This document shows positions 40,222 to 53,121 of a stretch of DNA of 64,000 nt, one piece after another. The notes under the pieces were generated by a model that was not told the origin of the DNA, did not search any database, and saw only the letters and a list, made by a program, of their open reading frames with translations. The stretch is from Octopus sinensis (Eukaryota): NCBI RefSeq assembly GCF_006345805.1, contig NC_043001.1, forward strand, positions 53,072,001 through 53,136,000, given 5' to 3'. The position numbers and the translations under genes are program-made. Positions within the stretch are counted from its first letter, which is position 1. Each line of letters opens with the position of its first letter.

Positions 40222-43200
40222 TATTATTATGCCCTTCTTTTAGTTTTATTGCCATTTCTTGCAGAGTGTGTTTCCGATATCTAGGGCAAGAAACTCAGTT
40301 TATACATTGATATAGCATTAAAATAAATACCAGACCGTTCATTTACAAAGTCATGTGATAAAAAAGAGGTAGAAAGAGAGAAAGAAAAAGGAAGGGAGAA
40401 ACATTTTAAAATAGTAAAAATGAAAAGATAAGAAAGAAAAGGGAGGGGAAAGGGAAAGAAAATCTACGGTAAAAATGCTCTTCTCCATACGTGTTATGTA
40501 TTAGTTAAAACAACCTTTTGCACTTCTTGCATGAATGTTAAGCCAAGGATAGTCCTCATATAATTTTTTGTTCCGTCTTTTATCATTCCAAATGCTCATA
40601 CAAACACTGATAGTTTAAAGGTTTTGAGATGCCACATATTTTCGATCTCAATCAGCAAATATTTAAATTTACTGAGCATATCAAATTCTTTTGCCGAGTT
40701 TTCATGATTAGAAGGTTCGCTCATGTGATTCAATAAACAGACTTTATTGTTTTGGTCTTTCACAACAATATCTGGTTTCTCAGCTATGGTGGTCCAGCCT
40801 GTATGTACTGGTAAGTCCCAAATAATCGTTACATTTACCCCTTTAGTTTCGGCTTCGGGGCGGTAATTGTGCCATTTGTCATCAGTTATGATTTGATAAT
40901 GTCCACATATTATCCAGTCTAGATATTGACCAATTCTGTCATGTCTTCTGTTATACTCTGTAGGTGCTAAAACTTTAAACTCAGAGATTAGATGGTCCAG
41001 TAGTTAATTATCTTCGTTGCAGTTCTGGCACTCTGGATCTATTCCATTTTTCATCACATTGGCTTGGTAGTTATGGGCCAATAATCTTGGATGTTACTCA
41101 GCTAAGATAAAGCCTTCTCTCTCTGCCGCCGATCGGTTTGCTTCTGGTCCACATCACACTCTTTGCTAGGGGCCACATACTTGCCGTGGAGTGCATTTTG
41201 TTCGTACCCATCAGCTATTTCTTTAAAAGAGTTTTTTCTTTGCCACTGATTTCCTACTCTGTGCAACAGCAATTACCGCACTTCCATCATATTGCTCAAC
41301 GTCAGTATTATGCATGAAATCACCAACAAATTCTTTGCTCTCCTTCATGACAGAATCACGCTTCTTACGCCGCTCGTGGTTTTGAAAGAGTTTTCGCATC
41401 CCGTCATTAGATGATTGAAGATAATTGGACAGTCAAATTGTGGTGGTTTTGTGAGAAATTTCAAACGGAATCACGTCTATCTACATCAGCCTTTGGGTGG
41501 TGCAGCTTATAGATTTTTATGTCGATTTTCTTATTTCGCTCATATTCCAGTTCGACACATTAAAAACTATAAACAACAACCAGAACTCGTAAGAAATTAT
41601 GGCTAACGCCTTGTTATGTGCATTTAACTCAGATTTCAAGAATCCTCGAACTCCCTTGTAACATTTATTTCTGATCTTCTCTGTTGTGCTTGCATGCTGA
41701 ATACCAGAGCGCTCATTTATTCCGAGGTATTTGTAATTTTGTTGGCGGCTTTTGAATACATACCCAGCCTTTGTTTTCCTCAGAATCAGTGATAGTGGTA
41801 TCAAGTACAGTACAAAGATTAGTGGGGACAGGCAGTCCCCTTGGAAGATGTCCCTTCTGATTTCTACTGTCCCTAAACTTCTTCCGTATGCTATCAGGTC
41901 CGTCCTCCAATTCACCATACTTTTTTCCAAGCAATCGCTCACATTCGATGTAATACCAAGTAGCTTCATACCTTTCATTATCGAAGAGTATCGGATCAAA
42001 TCGTACGCCTTACGATAGCTGGTCCATGACATGGCTATGTTAGTTTTTCTCCTCTTGCAGTCTGTAAGTACAATTTTGCCTGTCAGGAGTTGATCCTTAG
42101 TACCACTGCACTTACGCTTGCAACACTTCTACTCATGTGGTAGGACTCCATTTTTTTCCAGTTGTTAGTACATTGACTCTGCGAGTATTCCAGTCAATAA
42201 TTTCCACATAAGTGGCAAATAGGATATCAGCTTATAATTGTTTATCGTATTGCCCTTTTTAGATGCTTTTCAAGCACAGCACTGTCCTACCTAATGTCAA
42301 CCACTCTGGTGTTGGCTGGCATTTAACAAGGTGTCGAGTTGCACAGCTATTCGTGCATGACATTAGTCAAATCTATTGATCTAGTAGCCTTGAAATCCAT
42401 CTGGCCCCGGGACATGCTAGTGCTCATTTTTTGCTGAATTTCTTCACTTCCCTAACTGAAATGTTTAGTTCTGCTTCTCTGAGACAGACTACTGTTTGTT
42501 TCAATTCTTTGAACCATTCAGCATCCTTCTTATGCTCCTTGTCTTTGCTCTAAATGTCACTCCAAAAACCTTTGACTTTCAATGTTATCTGGTATCAACT
42601 TTTCATCTGTACCCTCTCCATTTATTTCTCTATAGAAATTCATCTGATCTACTCTGAATAACCTATTCTGCTAGTAACCCTTCATTCGTTGGTCGTATCT
42701 TACCACCTTTGCTTTATTTGCAACGAGGCGCTGTTTCAGTTCCTCCATTACCACTTTCAGGCCCTTTCTTTCAATATTATACTTCCTTTTCAGCGCCCCG
42801 TCCTTTTGTTCGCTTTTAAGCTATCCTTTCTTTTAGTTTTTTGTTGTTGTTTTTTTTTTTTTGGGGGGGGGGGAACACAGAAAATTCCTCCGTGAGCATA
42901 TCTAACCATGCCTGTATTCTTCCATTCCACTTTTCCTTTGTCACTTCCATTATATTTCATTTTCTTGACATCAACACCCACGTCTTCTGCTACAATACCT
43001 GCTGCCTTGATCAATTGTTTGTTTCTGTAATGTTGTTAGTTGATGCATTTTAGAATTTCCTTGACATTTTTCGTTTCTTCGTTCAATTCCCACCGTTCAA
43101 CATTCTTAAGGTTGCAAATAGTGTCGCTATCATTCTCCTGCAGTCTTGCCTCTATTCTGTCGTAGATTGAATTTTGTTCGTCTGTCATTTTTGTTCGTTT

Positions 43201-43800
43201 TATTATCTTCTTTTAGATCATATATATGTCTCTCATCAAGTAAAGTACCACTGCTCCTTTCCTGTGCTATGGGATTACTTCTGTTAGTATGAACTGCATT
43301 TTCATCATTATATATGCTGCCATTTTCCAAGACCCGTGTTTTGTTAGCTTCGAACTCTACTTCTCTGAACCAACTATCTTTTCTTATTGCTCTAGTTTGA
43401 TCCCATAGTTTCTGTTCTGTAAGTTGAAAAATCCCTTTTGCCGCCAAAGGTCATACATATATTGTCGGTAACCCCTAATTTGAACACTATTTTCATCTAT
43501 TGGGTTGCTCAGGTAGGAACTCTCCACAACCACGGCATTAAGTTGCTTGCTCCATCTACGCCGTGTGTGGTGGCCCCTTAAAGTATATCGACAGTCTGGA
43601 GCCGGACCAGAATCTCTGAGCCAGCCGGGTACAACACTGTCACCATCATTGGCTTTACTTTCATTACCAACGTTATTCACAATATTTGGTTTTTTGGTTG
43701 TCACTCATATAAGGTTGCGATTATCAGGTTGTGCAATTACCAGTGTTTTTATTACGACACCATCACTAGATGTACCATTAATCAAGACATGGACTAGCTC
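40222..43800 (-). mobile_element. near full-length R4/Dong-type RLE LINE relic, apparently chimeric (subfamily A 5' half, subfamily B 3' half)
   Basis: RRRWSKQLN...GYRQYMYDLW...EQKLWDQTRAIRK (N-terminus), WTSYRKAYD, DIFQGDCLSPLIF, KAGYVFKSRQQ|NYKYLGINE, HHPKADVDR, LHGKY, CQNC..DHLIS..RRHDRIG, IWDLPV..EKPDIV, SKFKYL; 3' stem-loop and TAATAAT tail at 40222-40300. Confidence 0.88.
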
Positions 43801-44695
43801 TACCCGCTTCCTTTCATTATTATTATTTTTATCATCACTGATATTATTGTTTTTTGTCATTGTTATATTAACAGACTCAAGGGTTACACAGGTATGGGCA
43901 GTGGTAGTTGTGGTAGTTGGGCCTCAGATTCCTGTGCTATCAGAATAGTAGTAGTTATAGTATTAGCAGCTGCAACAAATTACTATTATTTTTATTTTTA
44001 TAATTATCACCATCACCACCACTTTTTTAGTTATTACCATTATTACTATTTCCCTTTATTATTAAACGATTTCTTTAAATGTTCTTTAGTTTCAACTTTT
44101 GTCCTGTACATGAGATTAGTCATAAATATGTGGTTGTTGGAGGAAACAGTTAGGAAGACTACCGGCTTGGTGAATAGATCAAATTCTACAGGTCTATCAA
44201 TGGATTCGACAGATGGTGGGAAGGTCAGCCATAGAGACAAAATAATCTTCGCACCCTTTGATTCAGCAGAGATCAAATGTGTTTACTACTACCAATGACC
44301 ACTAAGAACGATGCTCTTGACTTTGAAAAGAAGGAATACAACGTGTTATATTTGTAAAATTTTGAAGGTGATAAAGAACTCTGACCTCCAGTCTGAACGG
44401 TTTCGGGCAAATTTCTCAAAGTCCTTATACGCAATATGTATTCATACATACACACATTTACACGCACACAAACACACGCACACATACCCCCCAACACACA
44501 CACACATATATATATATATATATTATACATACATGTATAAGGCGCTTTGCAAAATTGCCTTCAGCATCGATCCAGTCTAATAACAGAAACAAATAAAAGA
44601 GAAAAGATAAAATAATAAATCATACGATTTTACTTGCATAATTATATGCGAATGCATGCGTAAGTTTTGTGTGAATGTGTGTGCGTACTTGCACG

Positions 44696-44767
<72 letters not shown>

Positions 44768-44801
44768 AGGTGTGCGTATGTGTGTATAGGTGTGTGTATG
44801 T

Positions 44802-44833
<32 letters not shown>

Positions 44834-45185
44834 ATGTGGATATATATATATATATACCTTTATATGTAGATATATATATATGTATACGTACACACACACG
44901 CACGCACACACACACGCACGCACACACACACACACATATATATATATGTATACATAAATTCAATGATTATTTTTGTTACTCATGAAAAGAATAGGTTATC
45001 AGACATTTAAAACAATAATTAAACATTGTCATCCATCTTTGTTCAAGCAGTTTCCGTATACTGTGTATTCTGTGTGTAAGTGCTTTCATTGTTCAACTTT
45101 CCAAACACAAGTATTCTGAGGTAATGGGTGTAGAGAATTTTGTTCATGAACAATAATGTTGAAGATTTCCGGTTTCGTGTCGTAT

Positions 45186-46310
45186 TTAAATTTTTTTTAT
45201 AATGTATTCTTCTATGCCTTTCGGCGTTGATCCTATTCTTCGAATATTATTATGTAAATGGAATGTTTTAAATTTTCCATTTGCATCTAAATGTTTACAA
45301 CATGGAACGTTTCTAAGAGATGTATCGTTAATTTGTTGTGGATGCGCTTTTACACGGCTGGTTAGTTTTGTTCTTATTTTCCCAATGTAATTCTCGTTGC
45401 ATCGTTGGCATTCGATGCAGCAGATGAGGTTTTCTGTTTTGCAATTCTTGTTTGCATTCACTTGCAATTCCTTCGATTTCTTGAATATTTTGTTTGATAT
45501 TTGTTCAATTATGTTATGTTTTCCACAACGTGTGTTTCTACATCTTAATACTTTTATCCTTTCTCTCTCTGATGTGAATCTCACTTTCCCTAGGGGCCAA
45601 CTGAGATTTTGCTGTCGTTTTCGGTTATTGATGATTTGTGATTTTTTCAAATTTAAGTCGGAAATGTTATGCCTGTTGCAGAATTGGTGGATATCATCTG
45701 GCTGAATATAGGATCTTCTGGCTCCTAAAGTTATGAGTCACTACAAATGGAATATTTATTCTTCTCTTTTTCTTTGTATCTACCCTCAATATGACTGTTT
45801 CTCTATGAGGCAGAGAGACTAGGATTACTTTTATTTTGGTTAAGGCAAAGTTTATTAATTTTTTCTGTTATTTCTGTTATTTGAAGAAACACATTTAGTC
45901 CTACTAGTCGTTTCTCTCCTCCTTTTTTGTCTCCAACTATCGAGCATATTGGTCTTGCCATAATTGAATGGCATGTTCCAAGTTTTGTGGGAGAGTTGGC
46001 AAGATCGAAAACCTAACTACTTGTATATGTATGTGTCCTTGTAGTACAGATTGTTTATGAATGTCACATTTTCTTCAATCATAAGAACACCCATAAAAAG
46101 GAGTTCAGTATCACTCCTTTCCATAGTGAAGTATATTCGTTCATGAATGTTGTTTATTAATTTAAGTAATTTTGCAATGTACCCCATACATTTGTTCCAA
46201 CATATGACGTATTCCTCTAAGAATATTTTCAAGTGCCTTACTAAAAGGAATTTGAGATGATGATCAACTGTATAGAGAGGGTATATACCTTTTATTTCGG
46301 TATCCAATTA
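45186..46310 (-). mobile_element. Penelope-like relic (RT C-terminus + GIY-YIG)
   Basis: IYFTMERSDTELLFMGV..LYYKDT, SC..HK..NMPF, VNANKNCKTENLICCIECQRCNENYIG, VPCCKHLD; frameshifted. Confidence 0.85.
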
Positions 46311-46559
46311 CTAGTGCCGAAAACTTTGGTACGGCATTCGTTCGCTTTTTTGTGCCTTTTATTTGCCGGTTAACATTCGTTGTTAAAGGAGAAATGTTTT
46401 TTTCCCTGTAAAGCTATCTAGTATATTCTCCCTATCTACATTTTTCAGAAAATAAATGAATGAAATACATGTCCATTTTCTGTATATTCTTATAATTAAA
46501 GATGATGTGACAGCTACAACGAAACCATACTGCTAGGACACAGACGCAGACAACTGCAT

Positions 46560-46770
46560 CGGAGATTACGAACCTGTGGCCAGCATCGTTACGCCTGAAC
46601 GCATTCATATAACTTTCAACATGACATTAGACGGCGATTTGAAGCTACTGGAGACTTTGGTTAAGCCTTGGCAGGCGAAAGTGTGTGTGGAAGCAGGATT
46701 CTACACTTTTCCATGCCTCCGGAGAGGGTGAGAATTTTTTGTCAGAGAATTTCCGTGTTCTGCAGCCCTA
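46560..46770 (+). mobile_element. Tc1/mariner transposase fragment
   Basis: LKLLETLVKPW...QDST..H...SENF resembles LLExxVKPW..WQQDSAPxH..ENF. Confidence 0.5.
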
Positions 46771-47574
46771 ATTTAACATCCGATTTATAGAGATTTCTAG
46801 TTTTATCTGATTGTACAATAATACCATCCATATTTCTCATTTCTTTAATTCTAATTGCTAAATTTCTTAAATATTCATTATTTCTATTTGGGTATTTATG
46901 ATCACTAATTTTAGCTTATAATTATAAGGGCATGGGAAAGACTTTATAGTATGTTGAGGGGTTACTATATAAATAATCTTTTATATATTTATTAATCATA
47001 TAAGATTTTTAGAATATATTTAATAATTAGTGGTTTTTAATCATTTAAATCATTTAATTTATTTTGTATTAAGTATTATTTATCATATTTATTTTATTAA
47101 TAAATATTATAGTATAGAGAGATTTTATTCTTTATTTGTGACTTCATTCTATTTACAACGATAAACAAATAATTTTCCCATTCACAATCTCATTAATAAA
47201 GCGTAGGTTCCCCACGCGTAATGAATTCTTCAACAATTTATTCTTTTTTTTTGCTAATAATGTAATTCCACGAGTATTCTTATAAACGCTGTAAAGACGT
47301 TTTCCGATTCAAAATTTTAGTTCATTGCTAAACCTCGCTAAGATAAGTATGTATTTATTTAAGATCTTCAAATTGTAAATTTTAATATTGTATAAGTCTT
47401 TTGAGTAATAATATTTTCCTTATGTAAATATCGTTGTTTATGTAATGATCTAATTATCGTAATTTTCTATATTATTAGATATTAAATTTAAGTTTATTCG
47501 TAAGATAGTAATTAGCGATAGATTTGTTATTTGATAGCAAGCATACGAGGTGTATTAAGTTAGGCTTTTGTATA

Positions 47575-47738
47575 TTCTCTCGTTTACTCGTTTACTTGTT
47601 TCAGCCATTAAACTGCGGCCATGCTGGAGCACCGCCTTTAGTACTTATTCTATCGGTCTCTTTTGCCGAACCGCTAAGTGACGGGGACGTAAACACACCA
47701 GCATCGGTTGTCAAGCAATGCTAGGGGGACAAACACAG

Positions 47739-47793
<55 letters not shown>

Positions 47794-47958
47794 TACGACA
47801 GGCTTCTTTCAGTTTCCGTCTATCAAATCCACTCACAAGGCATTGGTCGGCCCAGGGCTATAGCAGAAGACACTTGCCCAAGATGCCACGCAGTGGGACT
47901 GAACCCGGAACCATGTGGTTGGTTAGCAAGCTACTTACCACACAGCCAATCCTGCGCC
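47575..47958 (-). mobile_element. tRNA-derived SINE, family 2 (CORE-like central domain)
   Basis: Minus strand GGCGCAGGATTGGCTGTGTGGTAAG (A box)...GGGTTCAGTCCC (B box)...CTTGGGCAAGTGTCTTCT; internal (TA)n; inserted into the duplicated segment with a TA overlap. Confidence 0.9.
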
Positions 47959-48638
47959 TATACATGTCTTAATAGTATTAATTGTAGTTTTAAATTTATA
48001 ATTAAATTAGATAAACTTTGATAAACTCAGATATGTTTCGACTAAAGATTGGTCCAGGCCATGTCTAATTTAATAGCATAACTTAGTTATTTCTTTAAAT
48101 TGATATTCGCTAGTTATTCCCATTGATAATTATATTTCTAGTATTTATAGTATTTATTCGATACTATATTACTACGAATTGATTATTTCTATAAGTATTT
48201 TACATGAGATTTCCGAAAGTTCGTTTAAGTTTGTTTATATGTATTTTGAAATTAGCTATTTCATCTTTAAATATTAAAAATAAAATTTATTAGGTTTTTA
48301 TTATATGTGCATATATATTTATTTACAGAGATTATTTTAGATCTTAATTATAATATTTATATACATTTATATATTTTCATTGATAATTTATATATATTAG
48401 TCATTTTTAAATATTTATGTAATTAGATATAGACTAATACCTATATTAGCTTATCGGTGGGTTTCCTACCTTATAAATTAAAATTAATATTTAACATTAT
48501 AGTCGATTTTGATATAATCATAAATGTTAAGTTCTATGTTTCTAGTTTGATAATAGAGTTTATTATAAGTAAAATTATTATATTTTTTATATCTTAAAAA
48601 TATTGTTTAAATATTTCTGATTATATTTTAGATATTTC

Positions 48639-48713
48639 AATTACCTGGAGATTGACTGTAACCATAACTCGAATTATTACGAATTGGACAGCCATGAAAC
48701 GATCGTAGTGTTT
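48639..48713 (+). ncRNA. hammerhead motif, CUGGAGA-core variant
   Basis: AATTAC-CTGGAGA(48645-48651)-T-TGACTGT...ACAGCCA-T-GAAAC-GATC-GTA(48705-48707)-GTGTTT; palindromic ACGATCGT stem III; stem I 5 of 6 pairs. Confidence 0.6.
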
Positions 48714-48849
48714 TACTCATTATCTTTTATTAAACTTTTAATACTTTTGATATATATTTAAAATAATATAAATTAATTAATTTTATGTATTGGCTTAAGT
48801 TTTTCATTGTTTGATTTATCTGATAGTGGTTACATGGAGGAAATCCGAT

Positions 48850-49561
48850 ATTGCGTTTGTTTTATGAATGGGAGCATTGTCCTGTTCTTTTTGTGAAGCC
48901 TTCCTCCTTATTTACTGTGAGACCATTCCAACATATTGATGTATCGTGCAGCACTGAAACGATCATTCGTGATGACAAGTGGCAGATTCCCATTAGCCGT
49001 TATTGTTCTCCACAGCATAAGACCTCCTTCGCTGTCTTGCCATTTGGAATAAGTAGAATTTTGTATACACTTATCTGCCCAGTTATACTTATAACCACTG
49101 GGACCATCCAAATTGCATTTTCCTCGGCAGAGAACTGAACACTGCTCCATTCACCATCCCACGCCTGATGCTGCCGAGCAAACTCCAATCTATCAGCTTT
49201 GAGGGAAGGTGACATTAATGGACTCTAGCCGCTTCTCCAGGTAGAAACCATGGTTCAAAATCACTCTTGTTACAGTGGATGTCGAGGCTATTACTCCTAC
49301 TGATATAATGATTTTGGAAACAAACGAGCAGTGTGGGTTGTTCACAGTTCTGAAAATGGCACTTTCATCCCTTCGCTATGTAGTCTTGGGACGTCCACCA
49401 GTATGAACCCTGTTGTAGATTTCAGGATCTTTCAGAAGAATGTCCACTGGCTTTCTGCTTCGTTGAATCTACACGGCAATGTTCCGTTTACTTATACCTT
49501 CCATTTTCAGTGAAAGAATCATCCCTTGCTCAATTTTGGAAAGGTTTCTAGCTTTAGACAT
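48850..49561 (-). mobile_element. Tc1/Tc3-like transposase relic
   Basis: MSKARNLSKIEQGMILSLKMEGISKRNIA (paired-type HTH), GGRP, RLEFARQH, VQFSAEE (FSDEK), NLDGPSG, GGLMLW, QDNAPIH. Confidence 0.85.
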
Positions 49562-51008
49562 ACTAGAAATATAATTTGGATGACGGAGAATACAATTGAA
49601 TCGAATATCTTCCGAAAGAAATGAATCTAGAAATAAATGAAAATGTGTTCGTGCCTTTATAGTTTTGAATAGTAGTTTACATATATACTTGCATACATGC
49701 ATACACACACACACACACACACATACACACACATATCAGCCTTTTGCTTAGCACACTATGCGGGACATCATATATGTTTGACGCATTGTACACAATCATG
49801 CCACTTTTTTCTTGAAGTCATACATTTTGCGTCGTTCGTCTCTATATGAAATGTATTCATTAGAGTTTATCTGTGCGAATGTTTATTCTGTATTGTAATG
49901 TTTGAAGGTTTCGTTTTTTTTTTCCTTTTTGTGGGGTGCATAGAGTTATATTTCGAAACGTAATGTGTGAAAAAGGAAATCTGCAAAGACACAAAAAATT
50001 TCAAAAAGGTGACATATTTTCCTTTGAACCTGGCAATATAATTGTGGGGATAGTTAAAAACAAGCCAATAGAATATGTTTCAAAGTACAAACGAAATACA
50101 CGACTGGGGGAAAATCTAAAAGCAAGAAAAGAAGCCATAAATCTGGTCATATGTAATAAAATAGTGATATTATTATCATCGTATAACAGAAACTAATATA
50201 TGCTACGTCCACGATAATTACAAAGGTCTATGGTACATTTACACTTATAGGAATATCAACAGTCAACTAAACACCAAAGGAACATTATATAGCAAAAAGT
50301 AAATTATCTATCAACTGGATGGAATGCATATCGGAAAGGGAAAATTTAAAAAGAAATAGATGAAACCAAAACTTTACGAATACATCATAACAAAGAATGT
50401 AGTCAAAAGTTAAGTAAATGATAAAGTACGCGCTTAAAAAAGTGGTATTTTTTCAAATCTCAAAGAATCCATGAGTGTAATAAGCGAAATCGTTCCTCTC
50501 CATAAAACAACTGAAAAATTTGCAGTGACCAGGTAGTCAGTTGTTATTGCATTTTGCGCTTTGTTCCCTGCCCTTTTTTTTCCATTCGTGATTTAGAATA
50601 TTTCCCATTGATTTAAATTTTATATTGTTGTATTCAACAAAGTGTGACTGCTTGTTTAGTTGTTTTTTCTATTCAGAGACAGCATACACATTATTTTATG
50701 ATATCGTAATTCTGCGTACCTCAATACAAAAGAAAAACAAATGCAAGAAGACATTACCAATGATTAGTTAAAAATAAAGCGTGAATTAGTTACAGCCACA
50801 TCACGTTAATAAGAAAAGTACTGACATTCATGGACACTAAAGTTACACCGGAGACACAAGCTACTGAAGCAATGACCACCGTGTTTATGCAAATGTAAGG
50901 TGGTCCGTTGAAGACAAAGCACAATTCTGGTGCTACTCAAAGTATAGTAAACATTACTTAGAATAAGCAGTACAAACTATTCACGGCTCCGTTCTACATA
51001 TCATCGAG

Positions 51009-51405
51009 GGTAGCGAGCTGGCATAATCGTTAGAACCCCGGGAAATGCTTAGCGGTGTTTGGTCTGGCGCTACCTTCTCAGTTCAAATTCCGCCGAGGTC
51101 GACTTCGCCTTTCATCCTTTCGGGGTCGATTAAATAAGTACCATTTACGCACTGGGGGCGATATAATCGACTTAATCCGTTTGTCTCTCCTTGTTTGTCC
51201 TCTCTGTGTTTAGCTCCTTGTGGGTAGTAAAGAAATAGGTATTTCGTCTGCCCTTAGGTTCTAAGTTCAAATTCTGCCGAGGTTGACTTCGCCTTTCATT
51301 CTTTCGGAGTCGATAGATTAAGTACGAGTTTCGTACTGGGGTAGATCTAATGGAATTCCCTACACCCGAAATTTCAGGCCTTGTGCTTATAGTCGAAAGG
51401 GTTAT
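51009..51405 (+). mobile_element. dimeric/tandem SINE family 1
   Basis: A full head and body (51009-51240) is followed directly by a headless second body starting ATTTCGTCTGCC..GTTCTAAGTTCAAATTC. Confidence 0.85.
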
Positions 51406-51719
51406 ATATATCATCGGCAAAAGGTGAAAAGATTAGAAAGAAATTCTGCTTATAAAAAGACAGAACATCGTCAAACATATATTCAGAGTAGAGAACATTG
51501 ACTAAAACCGAGCTTGCCGTTTGCTTGAAAGAAAATTAGCTCCTGAATTTTATTATTTTCTACAAGATTTAACCTACAACCCATAGACATTGAAGAAATG
51601 CCGAAGCTACGCACCGTAACGCATCGATCAGTCTAGGAGTCGCAACCGCAATCTTGCAAACTTAAATGCAACTCTCTAACTATAAGTCATGCGACTTCAA
51701 TATGAATACACACATTCAT

Positions 51720-51722
51720 ATA

Positions 51723-51800
<78 letters not shown>

Positions 51801-51811
51801 CATATATATAT

Positions 51812-51852
<41 letters not shown>

Positions 51853-52040
51853 TATATATATATACATATATATATACATATACATACACATACATATATA
51901 TGTATATATATATATAATATACATATATATATACATATACATACACATACATATATATGTATATATATATATATATATATACATATACATATGTATACAT
52001 ATATATATACATATATATATATTATATATACATATACATA
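51720..52040. repeat. (TA)n / (TACA)n compound microsatellite
   Basis: Direct. Confidence 0.97.
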
Positions 52041-52377
52041 TATAAATTATATACTTTTTTATTGTTTTTTTGCAATTTACTTAATCATTGACATTTTATT
52101 GTTATTTTAATTTCAATATTTCTATTATATGTAATTTTCTAGATGGTATAAGTTAATTGTTCATTTTGAATTGATAAAAGGTGGGTTTTTTCTAATTTTA
52201 TATATATAGATATTTAGAGGTTCAATGAGAGTGGTTATACATCAGAGAGTAAAAGTAGAAAAAGTTATATCTTAAAATCAAAATAGATAAGTACATCATA
52301 TACGCAATATCGTATTAATAAATAAATAGATGAAGTATATCAATGATGATTAACATCTTGTTTTTAAGTTTTGAAAG

Positions 52378-52468
52378 TTCTTACGAACGTTTCATGGATA
52401 TACTACCTTTCAAAACCAAATCTAAAGTTGATAAACATCGTTGAGAAGTATTTCCACTCATCAGAGAA
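52378..52468 (-). ncRNA. type I hammerhead ribozyme motif
   Basis: Minus strand TTCT-CTGATGA-G-TGGA...TCCA-T-GAAAC-GTTC-GTA-AGAA: canonical core, 4-bp stem I, G.U-closed long stem II. Confidence 0.72.
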
Positions 52469-52723
52469 AACGATGAATTTTAGTGGAGGAAATTGAATGA
52501 GAAAAATGTTATTTAAAATCGAATAGGAAAGGTGTTGTTTAAAATGTTATTGGTATCAATTTCTACACAGCCATTACAGATTTTTACGCAGGATTTTTAT
52601 CATGGATTTGTTTTACTTTTTTCAAAATTTCTAGCTCAACTTTATACCAAGACAGATTTATGGCAATAATTTTTTAACCAACACCTTTGTCATTAGATTT
52701 TAAATAGCACTCCCCTCATTCTC

Positions 52724-52814
52724 TTCTCTGATGTGCGGATATATTTCCCAACGATACTCATCAACTTAAAATTTCATTTTGTGAGGTTGTATATTCATGA
52801 AACAATCGTAAGAA
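52724..52814 (+). ncRNA. decayed hammerhead motif (A9U)
   Basis: TTCT-CTGATGT-G-CGGA...TTCA-T-GAAAC-AATC-GTA-AGAA. Confidence 0.55.
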
Positions 52815-52838
52815 CTTTCAAAACTTGAAAAAAGGAAA

Positions 52839-52939
52839 TAATGATCATAGCTTTACTTTGTTTTGTTAATACAATGTTTCTTATATCATGTCCAAATCTC
52901 TGGTGCAATTTTAAGTTATAACTTTTCTTATTTTCACTC

Positions 52940-53023
<84 letters not shown>

Positions 53024-53121
53024 TGAAAATAAGAAAAGTTATAACTTAAAATTGCAGCAGAGATTTGGACATGATATAAGAAACATTGTATTAACAAAAC
53101 AAAGTAAAGCTATGATCATTA
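52839..53121. repeat. near-perfect palindrome centred on (TA)n
   Basis: 104-bp arms (52839-52942, 53018-53121) with one mismatch; explains the near-identical ORFs called on both strands. Confidence 0.96.

Larger units (their letters stand above)
52244..52942. mobile_element. diverged inverted repeat (52244-52551 / 52665-52942), each arm with a hammerhead motif
   Basis: Arms are reverse-complement homologs (e.g. CATGAAACGTTCGTAAGAACTTTCAAAACTT versus CATGAAACAATCGTAAGAACTTTCAAAACTT); ~110-bp spacer; no ORF. Confidence 0.8.

Noticed and set aside
44390-44424. Minus-strand GGACT-TTGAGAA-ATTTGCC-CGAAAC-CG-TTC-AGACT hammerhead-like string
   Set aside because: At least three core changes and no clear stem II; could be a fossil but cannot be supported.
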